NCBI GenBank assembly: GCA_037574385.1
Contig: GCA_037574385.1_4529.1
DNA: 64,000 bases
Origin: a phage
Strand: one strand, 5' to 3'
Part shown: positions 13,893-23,665 of the stretch, one piece after another
How the letters are laid out: the number at the start of each line of letters is the position of its first letter
Position numbering within the stretch: position 1 is the first letter of the stretch
Made by a program: the position numbers and the translations under genes
Notes under the pieces: generated by a model
Database searches by the model: none
Told to the model about the DNA's origin: nothing
What the model saw: the letters and a program-made list of their open reading frames with translations, nothing else

Positions 13893-14705
13893 ATGATCAA
13901 AGAACAACTTTTGAAAGAAGCTCAGAATATCGAGACTTCAGTTGCTCTTAATAGTGTTTTCGAATCAGTAGAACTGTCTCCGGACGTTAAAGCTAATTTC
14001 AGCACTGTATTCGAAGCCACCGTTAAGCAGGAAGCAGTCAAACTTGCTGAATCTCATATCAAAGCCATCGCCGAAAAAGCCGAAGAAGAAGTTGAAAAGG
14101 CTAAAGAAGATGCTGAAGAGAAAGCTGATAAAAAATTGGCTGAACAAGCTTCTAAATTCCTGGACCATCTTGCAAAAGAATGGCTCGCAGAAAACCAAAT
14201 CGCAGTTGATAAAGGCATTAAAGCTGATTTGTTCGAATCCATGCTTGGTGGTCTGAAAGAACTGTTTGTTGAACATAACGTTGTTGTTCCAGAAGAATCT
14301 GTAGATGTTGTAGCAGAAATGGAAGAAGAGCTGGCCGAACATAAAGAAGAAACCGCTCGTTTGTTCGAAGAAGTTACCAAACGTGATGCATATATCAATT
14401 ACGTTCAGCGTGAAACCGCTATTAATGAAAGCGTGAAAGACCTGACTGAATCTCAGAAAGAAAAAGTTATTGGCCTGGTTGAAGGTATGGATTATTCTGA
14501 CGCATTTGGTACTAAGTTAACTGCTATTGTAGAAATGGTTAAAGGTTCTACTAAAGAAGAAGCCGCTATTACCGAAAGTATAAATACAGTTGACAATGAC
14601 GCTGCCGGTCTTAATTTTGTTGCCGAAGCAGTTGACACTACCACAACTCAGGTAGAACAGAATTCTAATGTAAGTTTATATGCGAAAGTCGCATCTCGTT
14701 TCTAA
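13893..14705 (+). CDS. 22: prohead scaffolding core protein gp22
   Basis: 270 aa, highly acidic coiled-coil protein; synteny. Confidence 0.92.
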   Translation: MIKEQLLKEAQNIETSVALNSVFESVELSPDVKANFSTVFEATVKQEAVKLAESHIKAIAEKAEEEVEKAKEDAEEKADKKLAEQASKFLDHLAKEWLAENQIAVDKGIKADLFESMLGGLKELFVEHNVVVPEESVDVVAEMEEELAEHKEETARLFEEVTKRDAYINYVQRETAINESVKDLTESQKEKVIGLVEGMDYSDAFGTKLTAIVEMVKGSTKEEAAITESINTVDNDAAGLNFVAEAVDTTTTQVEQNSNVSLYAKVASRF

Positions 14706-14722
14706 TTTAAAGGTTAACACAA

Positions 14723-16291
14723 ATGACTACTATCAAAACTAAAGCTCAGCTCGTAGACAAATGGAAAGAACTGCTGGAAGGTGAAGGCCTGCCGGAAATC
14801 GCTAATAGCAAGCAGGCTATTATCGCTAAAATCTTCGAAAACCAGGAAAAAGATTTCGAAGTATCCCCTGAATATAAAGACGAGAAAATCGCTCAGGCAT
14901 TTGGTTCTTTCTTGACCGAAGCTGAAATTGGTGGTGACCACGGTTATAATGCTCAGAACATCGCAGCAGGTCAAACCTCTGGTGCAGTAACCCAGATTGG
15001 GCCAGCAGTTATGGGTATGGTTCGTCGTGCTATTCCTAATCTGATCGCTTTTGATATTTGTGGTGTTCAGCCTATGAACAGCCCTACCGGTCAGGTATTT
15101 GCTCTTCGTGCAGTATATGGTAAAGACCCTATCGCTGCTGGCGCTAAAGAAGCTTTCCATCCGATGTATGCTCCGGATGCAATGTTCTCTGGTCAGGGCG
15201 CTGCTAAGAAATTCCCGGCGTTGGCTGCTAGCACACAAACCGTTGTAGGTGATATCTATACTCACTTCTTCCAGGAAACTGGTACTGTATATCTGCAAGC
15301 TTCCGCTGTAGTAACAATCGATGCTAGTGCTAACGATGCAACTAAATTAGATGCTGAAATTAAGAAACAAATGGAAGCGGGTGTACTGGTAGAAATCGCT
15401 GAAGGTATGGCTACTTCTATTGCTGAACTTCAGGAAGGTTTCAACGGTTCTACTGATAACCCATGGAATGAAATGGGCTTCCGTATCGATAAACAAGTTA
15501 TCGAAGCTAAATCTCGCCAGCTGAAAGCTGCTTACTCTATCGAATTAGCACAAGACCTCCGTGCAGTACACGGTATGGATGCTGATGCTGAACTGAGCGG
15601 TATCCTGGCTACAGAAATTATGCTAGAAATCAACCGTGAAGTTGTTGACTGGATTAACTACTCTGCTCAGGTTGGTAAATCTGGTATGACCCTGACTCCG
15701 GGTTCTAAAGCTGGTGTATTTGACTTCCAGGACCCGATTGATATCCGTGGTGCTCGTTGGGCCGGTGAAAGCTTTAAATCTCTGTTGTTCCAGATTGATA
15801 AAGAAGCAGTTGAAATCGCTCGTCAAACCGGTCGTGGTGAAGGTAACTTCATTATCGCTTCCCGTAACGTAGTTAACGTACTGGCTTCAGTTGATACTGG
15901 TATTTCTTACGCTGCACAGGGTCTGGCTTCTGGTTTTAATACTGACACTACTAAGTCTGTATTTGCCGGTGTACTTGGTGGTAAATACCGCGTATACATC
16001 GACCAGTATGCTAAACAGGATTACTTCACCGTTGGTTATAAAGGCGCTAACGAAATGGATGCAGGTATTTACTATGCTCCTTACGTTGCACTTACCCCGC
16101 TGCGTGGTTCCGATCCTAAGAACTTCCAGCCGGTAATGGGCTTTAAAACTCGTTACGGTATCGGTGTTAACCCGTTTGCTGAAAGTTCCCTGCAGGCTCC
16201 AGGTGCTCGCATCCAGTCCGGTATGCCGTCTATCCTGAACAGCCTTGGTAAGAACGCTTACTTCCGCCGTGTATATGTAAAAGGCATCTAA
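14723..16291 (+). CDS. 23: major capsid protein gp23
   Basis: 522 aa; matches T4 gp23 (521 aa) as recalled. Confidence 0.97.
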   Translation: MTTIKTKAQLVDKWKELLEGEGLPEIANSKQAIIAKIFENQEKDFEVSPEYKDEKIAQAFGSFLTEAEIGGDHGYNAQNIAAGQTSGAVTQIGPAVMGMVRRAIPNLIAFDICGVQPMNSPTGQVFALRAVYGKDPIAAGAKEAFHPMYAPDAMFSGQGAAKKFPALAASTQTVVGDIYTHFFQETGTVYLQASAVVTIDASANDATKLDAEIKKQMEAGVLVEIAEGMATSIAELQEGFNGSTDNPWNEMGFRIDKQVIEAKSRQLKAAYSIELAQDLRAVHGMDADAELSGILATEIMLEINREVVDWINYSAQVGKSGMTLTPGSKAGVFDFQDPIDIRGARWAGESFKSLLFQIDKEAVEIARQTGRGEGNFIIASRNVVNVLASVDTGISYAAQGLASGFNTDTTKSVFAGVLGGKYRVYIDQYAKQDYFTVGYKGANEMDAGIYYAPYVALTPLRGSDPKNFQPVMGFKTRYGIGVNPFAESSLQAPGARIQSGMPSILNSLGKNAYFRRVYVKGI

Positions 16292-16315
16292 TCTTAATTG
16301 ATTAAATCTTATTTT

Positions 16316-16333
16316 GGGAGACTTCGGTCTCCC
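16316..16333 (+). terminator. intrinsic terminator GGGAGAC-UUCG-GUCUCCC + U-tract after gene 23
   Basis: 7-bp GC stem, UUCG loop, followed by AUUUUUGG. Confidence 0.8.
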
Positions 16334-16343
16334 ATTTTTGGTT

Positions 16344-16613
16344 TTATTTCTGGGCAATTTCGATGTAAGTTTTCAAAATATTTTGCCAATTAGGCATACC
16401 TTCTTGGACATATGCTGGAGAACCGTCTTTGTTTTTGAATGATGCAAGTTTATCAGTGGCCCAATAGCCTTTAGCTCGAGCTTCAGAATCAACTTTCATC
16501 CATACTTTGTTGAAGGCATTACCATTAACTTTTGCACCATATTTTTCTACTAACTTAACCGCTTCAGCTTCCAGAACTTTTAAAGTATCTCGTAAGAAAC
16601 GTGCTTTAGTCAT
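16344..16613 (-). CDS. hypothetical protein (89 aa), convergent to gene 23
   Basis: ORF preceded by early-type promoter and AGGAG RBS; sits at the 23/24 junction where T4 carries segD. Confidence 0.6.
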   Translation of the reverse strand: MTKARFLRDTLKVLEAEAVKLVEKYGAKVNGNAFNKVWMKVDSEARAKGYWATDKLASFKNKDGSPAYVQEGMPNWQNILKTYIEIAQK

Positions 16614-16643
16614 TTTGTTTACTCCTCTGTAGTTGATAAGTCT

Positions 16644-16673
16644 ATAGTATCACATACCAAATACGTTGTAAAC
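16644..16673 (-). promoter_or_regulatory. early-type sigma70 promoter (GTTTAC -35, TACTAT -10)
   Basis: Reads GTTTACA-N17/18-TACTATAGAC on the minus strand upstream of the 89-aa ORF. Confidence 0.55.
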
Positions 16674-16679
16674 AATCTT

Positions 16680-16687
16680 TATAAATA
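16680..16687 (+). promoter_or_regulatory. late promoter TATAAATA for gene 24
   Basis: Exact TATAAATA about 27 nt upstream of gp24 ATG. Confidence 0.7.
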
Positions 16688-16713
16688 ATCTATATCACAT
16701 AAGGAAAAATGCA

Positions 16714-17994
16714 ATGAGTAAAATCCAAAAATTATTGCGTGAATCTACAACGTCTACTAGCAACTCAATTGGTCGCCCAAATCTTGTTGCTTTGACTCGC
16801 GCTACGACTAAATTAATATATTCTGACATTGTGGCAACACAAAGAACTAATCAACCTGTTGCTGCTTTTTATGGTATTAAATATCTTAACCCAGACAACG
16901 AATTAACGTTTAAAACTGGTGCTACTTATGCCGGCGAAGTTGGATATGTAGACCGAGAAAAAATTACTGAACTCACAGAAGAATCAAAAGTCACACTAAA
17001 TAAAGGCGATTTTTTCAAATATAATAATATCGTCTATAAAGTGTTAGAAGATACACCATTTGCAGATATTCAAGAAAGTGATCTAGAATTAGCTCTTCAG
17101 ATTGCAGTCGTTCATTTAAAGGTACGGTTATTTTCAGATGCAGCGGTGACAAGCAAATTTGAAAGCTCTGGTAGCGAAATTTCTGATGCAAGATTCCAAA
17201 TTAATAAATGGCAAACTTCGGTCAAATCTCGTAAACTTAAAACCGGTCTCACGGTTGAATTAGCGCAAGATTTGGAAGCGAATGGATTTGATGCCCCTAA
17301 CTTCTTAGAAGATTTGCTTGCTACTGAAATGGCTGATGAAATTAATAAAGATATTCTTCAGTCTTTAATTACTGTATCGAAACGTTATAAAGTTACTGGA
17401 ATTACTGACACCGGATTTATTGACTTGAGCTATGCATCCGCTCCAGAAGCAGGTCGTTCGTTATATCGAATGGTGTGTGAAATGGTATCACACATTCAAA
17501 AAGAGTCAACTTATACTGCGACGTTTTGTGTAGCTTCAGCTCGTGCAGCTGCTATTCTTGCTGCTTCAGGTTGGTTAAAACATAAACCAGAAGATGATAA
17601 GTATCTTTCACAAAATGCTTACGGGTTCTTAGCTAATGGTTTACCGCTTTATTGCGATACTAACAGCCCATTAGATTATGTGATCGTTGGCGTAGTAGAA
17701 AATATCGGTGAAAAAGAAATTGTTGGATCAATTTTCTATGCCCCGTATACAGAAGGTCTCGACTTAGATGACCCGGAACATGTTGGTGCATTTAAAGTTG
17801 TAGTTGATCCAGAAAGCTTGCAACCGTCTATTGGTTTATTGGTTAGATACGCTTTATCTGCGAATCCTTACACAGTAGCAAAAGATGAAAAAGAAGCGAG
17901 AATAATTGATGGCGGGGACATGGATAAAATGGCGGGACGTTCGGACTTGTCTGTTTTACTTGGTGTTAAATTGCCTAAAATTATTATAGATTAA
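16714..17994 (+). CDS. 24: capsid vertex protein gp24
   Basis: 426 aa, gp23 paralogue; synteny. Confidence 0.95.
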   Translation: MSKIQKLLRESTTSTSNSIGRPNLVALTRATTKLIYSDIVATQRTNQPVAAFYGIKYLNPDNELTFKTGATYAGEVGYVDREKITELTEESKVTLNKGDFFKYNNIVYKVLEDTPFADIQESDLELALQIAVVHLKVRLFSDAAVTSKFESSGSEISDARFQINKWQTSVKSRKLKTGLTVELAQDLEANGFDAPNFLEDLLATEMADEINKDILQSLITVSKRYKVTGITDTGFIDLSYASAPEAGRSLYRMVCEMVSHIQKESTYTATFCVASARAAAILAASGWLKHKPEDDKYLSQNAYGFLANGLPLYCDTNSPLDYVIVGVVENIGEKEIVGSIFYAPYTEGLDLDDPEHVGAFKVVVDPESLQPSIGLLVRYALSANPYTVAKDEKEARIIDGGDMDKMAGRSDLSVLLGVKLPKIIID

Positions 17995-18000
17995 TAAAAA

Positions 18001-18016
18001 GGGACCGTAAGGTCCC
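18001..18016. terminator. bidirectional terminator GGGACC-GUAA-GGUCCC flanked by A- and U-tracts
   Basis: Lies between convergent gp24 (+) and rnlB (-); AAAAA upstream and UUUUUU downstream. Confidence 0.8.
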
Positions 18017-18024
18017 TTTTTTCG

Positions 18025-19032
18025 TTATGATACTAATTCAATCCATGCAGGACGCAGAACATCTTGCACCATTCGGACTAATTCTTTCTTAACAAGATTC
18101 GGATTATCAGATGATGTTAATACAATACCTTCACGAGAAGTTTCTTCCAGAATATCTTGAACAGTCAATCCCATCACTTTGCCAAAATCTTTTGACGTTA
18201 CAGTCCCAATCTTAGAAATAACATTATTAACAGGATTTAATGTAACATAACAAGCTAGAACATCAAGCAAGTTTTTGTCAATTTCAGTTAATGGAACCCG
18301 GGTTTTAATAGGCTTATCAGACTTTTTCTTTTCACTGAATTTAGAGTTCTTGCACTTAATCGCTACACGAGTACCGTTTGGCAGCCATTTAGGGAAACAA
18401 GGCTTCAGAACATAACCTTCTGCCGTATTATCGCCAATAACATTAGCATCAAATACGCAATTATTTGCTTCGACAAGGTCTTCTGATGCAGTAGCGTTAT
18501 AAGCGGCTAAGACGGAATCAAGGTCGTTTGGAATCATGATAAGAGCATCAAATGTTCCACGTCCAAGCATTGGTGCCATTTTAAAACCAAACGTATTACA
18601 TAAATCTTGCATTTCGTAATCACTCATGTAATAAGTATCACCGCTTTCCGTGTTTATGATGATATCGAATACATAGAAATCTTTTTCACCGTAGTCAACA
18701 CCTTTCTGAATTCCACCACCAGCGAATTCACCAAAGACTTGATATGTCACCGGCACTGAAGTTGAAATACTGCCCATGACTTCTTGAACGCCTTTAATAG
18801 CTTTATCATACTTTTTGAGTACTATTTCATAGCCATAAAAATCTTCTGCTGGAAGAATAGGGCCTGTGCGCTTGGCGCATGTGACGTTGTCACGTTCAAT
18901 TATTAACGAGAAGTTAGTCCCATGGATTTTCTCACGTGCTACCCAAACACCAGTAGTCAAACCGTTAGTGTAGAGTTTTTCAATAAACTTAGAGTTGTAG
19001 TGGTTTTCAAGACTGCTGTATTTCTTAAACAT
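18025..19032 (-). CDS. rnlB: RNA ligase 2
   Basis: 335 aa; near-identical N-terminus to T4 Rnl2 including KIHGTN adenylation motif. Confidence 0.96.
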   Translation of the reverse strand: MFKKYSSLENHYNSKFIEKLYTNGLTTGVWVAREKIHGTNFSLIIERDNVTCAKRTGPILPAEDFYGYEIVLKKYDKAIKGVQEVMGSISTSVPVTYQVFGEFAGGGIQKGVDYGEKDFYVFDIIINTESGDTYYMSDYEMQDLCNTFGFKMAPMLGRGTFDALIMIPNDLDSVLAAYNATASEDLVEANNCVFDANVIGDNTAEGYVLKPCFPKWLPNGTRVAIKCKNSKFSEKKKSDKPIKTRVPLTEIDKNLLDVLACYVTLNPVNNVISKIGTVTSKDFGKVMGLTVQDILEETSREGIVLTSSDNPNLVKKELVRMVQDVLRPAWIELVS

Positions 19033-19123
19033 AAATCACCATTATAAATAATAATATCAAAATAATTAGCAGAGACTCTATCTCCGACCCGATGTTTAAT
19101 TTGAATGGATAGAACCTAGATTC

Positions 19124-19149
19124 ATTATACCATCAAAAAATGTAAAGCA
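19124..19149 (-). promoter_or_regulatory. middle-type promoter (MotA box TGCTTTA + extended -10 TGGTATAAT) for rnlB
   Basis: Minus strand reads aTGCTTTAcattttttgaTGgTATAAT. Confidence 0.55.
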
Positions 19150-19151
19150 TA

Positions 19152-19403
19152 TTAGAACTTGATTTCTATCCAATGTCCATCACGTTGGTCGTGATTAATT
19201 TTGTACTGAAAGCCATTATCACGTAACCACTGCCCGACTTGCTCTGTGATAGTTAAATCATTCTTTGATGGATAGTACGTGAATTGTGTCTGGCCTTTGT
19301 CAGCGGCTTTCTCTGCCATCACAGAGAAGTTAGTAATAAAATCACTCAACAAATTGGCTTTAGCGGCCAGAGCCCTTTCTCTTAATTCCTGTGCAAAACT
19401 CAT
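19152..19403 (-). CDS. hypothetical protein (83 aa)
   Basis: ORF coupled to upstream gene by ATGA overlap; in the variable 24-hoc interval. Confidence 0.6.
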   Translation of the reverse strand: MSFAQELRERALAAKANLLSDFITNFSVMAEKAADKGQTQFTYYPSKNDLTITEQVGQWLRDNGFQYKINHDQRDGHWIEIKF

Positions 19404-19600
19404 TTCTTCACCTTTTTGTTAATCAAACGTTTACGGTATACAACTTTTTCTTTTGCTTTAAACTTTGACCGAGCTGTCTCGGCTTTAGTCCATAGTAATC
19501 CAACTTCTTTAGGTTGTAAACCGATTTTTTGAGCAATTTCTACGAATGAAAATCCTGCCTCATGTAATGTATAAACTTCAACTTCAGCTCTCATAATCAA
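19400..19600 (-). CDS. small HTH protein resembling sigma-70 region 4 (66 aa)
   Basis: FSFVEIAQKIGLQPKEVGLLWTKAETARSK resembles region-4 type helix-turn-helix; Lys-rich C-terminus. Confidence 0.55.
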   Translation of the reverse strand: MIMRAEVEVYTLHEAGFSFVEIAQKIGLQPKEVGLLWTKAETARSKFKAKEKVVYRKRLINKKVKK

Positions 19601-19674
19601 TCCAGTGTTATTTGGTTTGTGCCATTATATACATCAATCTCAAGTTGTGTTTTATATGCTTTAAAACGAAGAAA

Positions 19675-19688
19675 GGGGCCGAAGCCCC
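19675..19688 (-). terminator. intrinsic terminator GGGGC-UUCG-GCCCC + U-rich tail downstream of hoc
   Basis: GC stem with UUCG loop 6 nt after hoc stop, followed on the minus strand by UUUCUUCGUUUU. Confidence 0.75.
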
Positions 19689-19694
19689 TTACGA

Positions 19695-21110
19695 TTATGG
19701 ATATGTATAAATGATACCAGTTTCTAGCGCAGTTTTATGGATGATGTATCCATTACGTGATTCTTGAACATCAACTTCTGGATAGTCTTTCATCATCTTC
19801 TGAAGAGTGTAACGATGCAGGTAGTATTTACTATCTGGATCGTCAATTTTCCAATCTTTACCTTCTTCAGTCATTTTTTGGATTTCATCCATAACCCACC
19901 AACCACACCAGATGTAAGCTGAAGTACGGTGTGGAAGAGGATGAACATAAGGTAGTTCACCTTCTGGTTCAATTGGAGTCCGTTCAGCAATAACAACTTC
20001 AGCGGTTGAACTAATTGTCTTTGAAGTATAGTTATCTTTAGTTAATACTGCTTCAACTTTAATTGTATGAGTACCAGCTGAGGAGGTATCAATACTGTAA
20101 GTATTAGTAGAATTACTTTCTGCTACGTTGTCTTTCTTCCAAGAATACACAATATTAGTATCACCTGGAGCACCAGTAACAGATGCTGTTAAAGTTGCAG
20201 TTCCACCAACAGTAGTATTAACTGATGGCGGAGATAAAGAAATGGTGGCACTATTAAATGTCGCATTATTAGTTACTACTGTTGCTTCTGCTGAAATTTC
20301 TTTTGTAACATAATTTGTTGCAGAAACAGATACGGTGCATTTAAGAGTTTTACTTCCTACCTCGGTTGGAGTGAATTTATACGTAGCAGAAGTTGCATCC
20401 GGAATATTACTGTCATCCATTGACCACTGGAATGATGTAGTAGCACCTGAAGGTGCACCAGAGACATTTGCAGTTAAAGTAATAGGAACACCAAAGACTG
20501 TAGTCGGAGACTCAGGCGTAATTTTTAGTGTTGAAGAATTAGCCTTTTTATTTACAGTCAAAGAAACCGCTGATGATTCTACTGTTTTATCAACGTAATC
20601 AGTTGCAGTCACTGTGACGGAGCAAGTTATAGACTTAGTTCCTTCAGATGTTGGTGTATATTCAAAGGTTGATTGCTTTTGACCATCAACAGCGACCCCG
20701 TCAACTTTCCATGTATAAGCAATAGCAGCACCACTAGGTTGATTGCTTACATTAGCAGTGAATGTTGTTGCTGTTCCAATTTCTACTGCAGCCGGAGAAG
20801 CCGGAGTAACAGCGACGGTAGAATTATTTTCTTTCTTATTAACAGTGATAGTTGTTGATGCTTCAGCTATTTCCGGATCTCCTGCGGAAAGTGTATTAGT
20901 TGCAACCACTTTAATTTTTTTTGTTCCTGCCGGAGAAGCAAGAGTATAATCCATTGTAGCAGCCGTAGACTCCTGTGCTATATCATCTACAGTCCAGACG
21001 TATGTAATAGTACCATCTGGAGTTTCACCTGCAGGTGTAGCAGTGAATGTTTGTGAACCTCCAATAACCCCTGTAGGAGTTAAAGGAGATAATGTGACAG
21101 TGAATGTCAT
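19695..21110 (-). CDS. hoc: highly immunogenic outer capsid protein Hoc, four Ig-like domains
   Basis: 471 aa; four ~90-aa Thr/Ser-rich Ig-like repeats plus T4 Hoc-like C-terminal capsid-binding module ending YTYP. Confidence 0.9.
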   Translation of the reverse strand: MTFTVTLSPLTPTGVIGGSQTFTATPAGETPDGTITYVWTVDDIAQESTAATMDYTLASPAGTKKIKVVATNTLSAGDPEIAEASTTITVNKKENNSTVAVTPASPAAVEIGTATTFTANVSNQPSGAAIAYTWKVDGVAVDGQKQSTFEYTPTSEGTKSITCSVTVTATDYVDKTVESSAVSLTVNKKANSSTLKITPESPTTVFGVPITLTANVSGAPSGATTSFQWSMDDSNIPDATSATYKFTPTEVGSKTLKCTVSVSATNYVTKEISAEATVVTNNATFNSATISLSPPSVNTTVGGTATLTASVTGAPGDTNIVYSWKKDNVAESNSTNTYSIDTSSAGTHTIKVEAVLTKDNYTSKTISSTAEVVIAERTPIEPEGELPYVHPLPHRTSAYIWCGWWVMDEIQKMTEEGKDWKIDDPDSKYYLHRYTLQKMMKDYPEVDVQESRNGYIIHKTALETGIIYTYP

Positions 21111-21119
21111 AAGTTATCC

Positions 21120-21788
21120 TTATTTTAATGTTACGAAAGAAGAATTACGAGTTTCACGAATTAGAACTGATCCATCGCGATTAATATAATAAATTAAGCT
21201 AAATAATGTTTGGTGAGCAGAAGCGTGCACAAAACTGGTTGGGCGAGATTTCCAATCAGGTGTTTCGGCTATCCATTGATAAATCCACCAAGGAACAGTA
21301 ACATATCCTAGGCCTTTGCCTAATTTAATGAGTGTAGGACTAAAATTTTCAGGCAGAACAAATTTTACTTCTTTATTTACCTCTGTCTCAGGCTCCTTTT
21401 CAGATTCAACAACCTGAGTAATTGCTTCTTCGAATTTATCATGGTCGAATTCTTTTTCTTGTTCGACAACTTCTAATACTTCAACTTGTTCTGTTGGAGA
21501 ATCAAACAACAGAATAGCTTCTTCTTTAACTTCTTCGTTGGTGAAATTAACACCGTCCACATCATCTGCGGCAGTAATTAAATCGGTTATAGATAATCCA
21601 TCAGTTTCAGGTAACGGTTCATCAGCCAGTGCGTTAAGAGCTTCTTCGATATCAATAACAATATTATCGAATGATTTTGTTTTCTTAACACTAATGCCAA
21701 ATTGTTTCGCATATTCGAACAGTTTAGCTTTGGCTTCCTTTTTATCAGAAAGAGCACGCAACTCTTCAATATAGTCTTTATCGATCAT
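21120..21788 (-). CDS. inh: inhibitor of prohead protease Inh
   Basis: 222 aa; position between hoc and uvsW as in T4. Confidence 0.8.
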   Translation of the reverse strand: MIDKDYIEELRALSDKKEAKAKLFEYAKQFGISVKKTKSFDNIVIDIEEALNALADEPLPETDGLSITDLITAADDVDGVNFTNEEVKEEAILLFDSPTEQVEVLEVVEQEKEFDHDKFEEAITQVVESEKEPETEVNKEVKFVLPENFSPTLIKLGKGLGYVTVPWWIYQWIAETPDWKSRPTSFVHASAHQTLFSLIYYINRDGSVLIRETRNSSFVTLK

Positions 21789-21801
21789 GGTATTTCCTCA
21801 T

Positions 21802-21809
21802 TATAAATA
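21802..21809 (+). promoter_or_regulatory. late promoter TATAAATA for uvsW
   Basis: Exact TATAAATA about 30 nt upstream of uvsW ATG. Confidence 0.65.
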
Positions 21810-21838
21810 TAACTATATTTATTACATGGTAATTTGAC

Positions 21839-23353
21839 ATGACTGACATTAAAGTACATTTTTATGATTTTAGTCACGTTCGCATTGAATGCGACGAAAG
21901 TACGTTTTACGAACTTCGTGACTTTTTTAGCTTTGAAGCTGACGGGTATAAATTTAACCCAAAATATCGCTATGGGCAATGGGATGGTAGAATTCGACTT
22001 TTAGATTACAATCGTTTGTTACCATATGGACTTGTAGGACAAATAAAAAAGTTCTGTAACAATATGAGTTATTCTGTATGGATTGACCCTAAAATCTTTG
22101 AGACCGAAGACCTTACCAGGGAAGATTTTGACGCATGGCTTTCTAAACAAGAAATTTATTCAGGCAATACCAAAATCGAACCGCATTGGTATCAAAAAGA
22201 TGCAGTATATGAAGGTCTAGTTAATCGTCGTCGAATTTTAAACCTTCCGACATCAGCAGGTAAATCACTAATCCAAGCACTTTTAGCTCGGTATTATCTA
22301 GAGAACTATGAAGGTAAAATTCTCATTATCGTCCCTACAACAGCATTGACAACCCAGATGGCTAATGATTTTGTTGATTATCGCTTGTTTAGTCATTCGA
22401 TGATTAAGAAAATTGGCGGTGGTGCTGATAAAGCGGACAAATCTAAAAACGACGCCCCAATTATTGTTGGCACATGGCAAACAGTAGTTAAGCAGCCTAA
22501 AGAATGGTTCTCTCAGTTCGGTATGATGATGAACGATGAATGCCACTTAGCAACAGGCAAAAGTATTTCTTCAATCATCTCAGGATTAAATAATTGCATG
22601 TTTAAATTCGGTTTATCCGGCTCATTAAGAGACGGAAAAGCCAATGTAATGCAGTACGTAGGTATGTTCGGCGAAATCTTCCGTCCTGTTAGCACGTCTA
22701 AATTAATGGAAGACGGACAGGTAACTGAGCTTAAGATTAATAGTATTTTCCTTCGTTATCCAGACGAATTCGCCACTAAATTAAAAGGTAAAACATACCA
22801 AGAAGAAGTTAAAATTATTACCGGACTAAAACGTCGTACAAAGTGGATTGCTCAACTTTCAGTCAAATTGGCTAAGAAAGACGAGAACGCCTTTGTAATG
22901 TTTAAACACGTTACACACGGTAAAGAAATATTTGAAGCTATTAAAGAGCTTGGATACGAAAAAGTTTATTACGTATCAGGTGAAGTTGATACTGAAACAC
23001 GTAACGCGCTTAAAGTCATGGCAGAAAATGGTAAAGGCATTATTATTGTCGCATCATATGGAGTGTTCTCTACCGGTATTTCAGTCAAGAATCTTCATCA
23101 TGTTATTTTTGCCCATGGTGTTAAATCAAAAATTATCGTACTTCAAACCGTAGGTCGCGTGCTTCGTAAGCATGGTTCTAAAGCTGTTGCTACAGTTTGG
23201 GATCTCATCGATGACGCAGGTGTAAAACCTAAATCATTAAATACTAAAAAGAAGTATACTCATCTTAATTACTTGTTAAAACACGGTATTGATCGTATCC
23301 AACGTTACGCTGATGAGAAATTTAACTATGTAATGAAAACAATTAATTTATAA
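21839..23353 (+). CDS. uvsW: UvsW RNA-DNA / DNA-DNA helicase
   Basis: 504 aa; SF2 helicase motifs (PTSAGKS Walker A, DECH); T4 UvsW-like N-terminus. Confidence 0.96.
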   Translation: MTDIKVHFYDFSHVRIECDESTFYELRDFFSFEADGYKFNPKYRYGQWDGRIRLLDYNRLLPYGLVGQIKKFCNNMSYSVWIDPKIFETEDLTREDFDAWLSKQEIYSGNTKIEPHWYQKDAVYEGLVNRRRILNLPTSAGKSLIQALLARYYLENYEGKILIIVPTTALTTQMANDFVDYRLFSHSMIKKIGGGADKADKSKNDAPIIVGTWQTVVKQPKEWFSQFGMMMNDECHLATGKSISSIISGLNNCMFKFGLSGSLRDGKANVMQYVGMFGEIFRPVSTSKLMEDGQVTELKINSIFLRYPDEFATKLKGKTYQEEVKIITGLKRRTKWIAQLSVKLAKKDENAFVMFKHVTHGKEIFEAIKELGYEKVYYVSGEVDTETRNALKVMAENGKGIIIVASYGVFSTGISVKNLHHVIFAHGVKSKIIVLQTVGRVLRKHGSKAVATVWDLIDDAGVKPKSLNTKKKYTHLNYLLKHGIDRIQRYADEKFNYVMKTINL

Positions 23354-23367
23354 GGGCTTCGGCCCTT
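23352..23367 (+). terminator. stem-loop AAGGGC-UUCG-GCCCUU after uvsW
   Basis: GC stem with UUCG loop at the uvsW stop; overlaps uvsW.1 RBS region. Confidence 0.5.
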
Positions 23368-23378
23368 AGGAGATAAAA

Positions 23379-23609
23379 ATGGTACTTGAATTTAAACAAT
23401 TTTTATACGAAGCATCTATTGACGAATTCATGGGTAAAATTGCTAGTTGTCATACCCTAGAAGGGCTTGAAGAATTGGAAGCTTATTATAAGAAACGTAT
23501 AAAAGAAACGGAATTAAAAGATACAGATGATATTTCTGTCAGGGATGCCTTAGCAGGTAAGCGTGCCGAACTTGAAGGCGACGATGAGGATGCGGAAGAA
23601 GATTTCTAA
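23379..23609 (+). CDS. uvsW.1: UvsW.1 small acidic protein
   Basis: 76 aa directly after uvsW as in T4. Confidence 0.85.
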   Translation: MVLEFKQFLYEASIDEFMGKIASCHTLEGLEELEAYYKKRIKETELKDTDDISVRDALAGKRAELEGDDEDAEEDF

Positions 23610-23612
23610 TTA

Positions 23613-23640
23613 AAAAAGGCCCGACCTTTTTGGAAGGGCC
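23613..23640. terminator. bidirectional terminator between uvsW.1 and the uvsY operon
   Basis: AAAAAAGGCCCgaccUUUUUggaaGGGCC; stems flanked by A- and U-tracts between convergent genes. Confidence 0.6.
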
Positions 23641-23665
23641 AAAACCATAGGCAAAAAAGGTAACA

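Noticed and set aside
13421-13900. 159-aa minus-strand ORF
   Set aside because: Antisense to prohead protease gene 21; no RBS; shadow ORF
14714-16357. Minus-strand ORFs of 194 aa and 156 aa, plus smaller ones, inside gene 23
   Set aside because: Antisense to the major capsid gene; low-complexity translations; shadow ORFs
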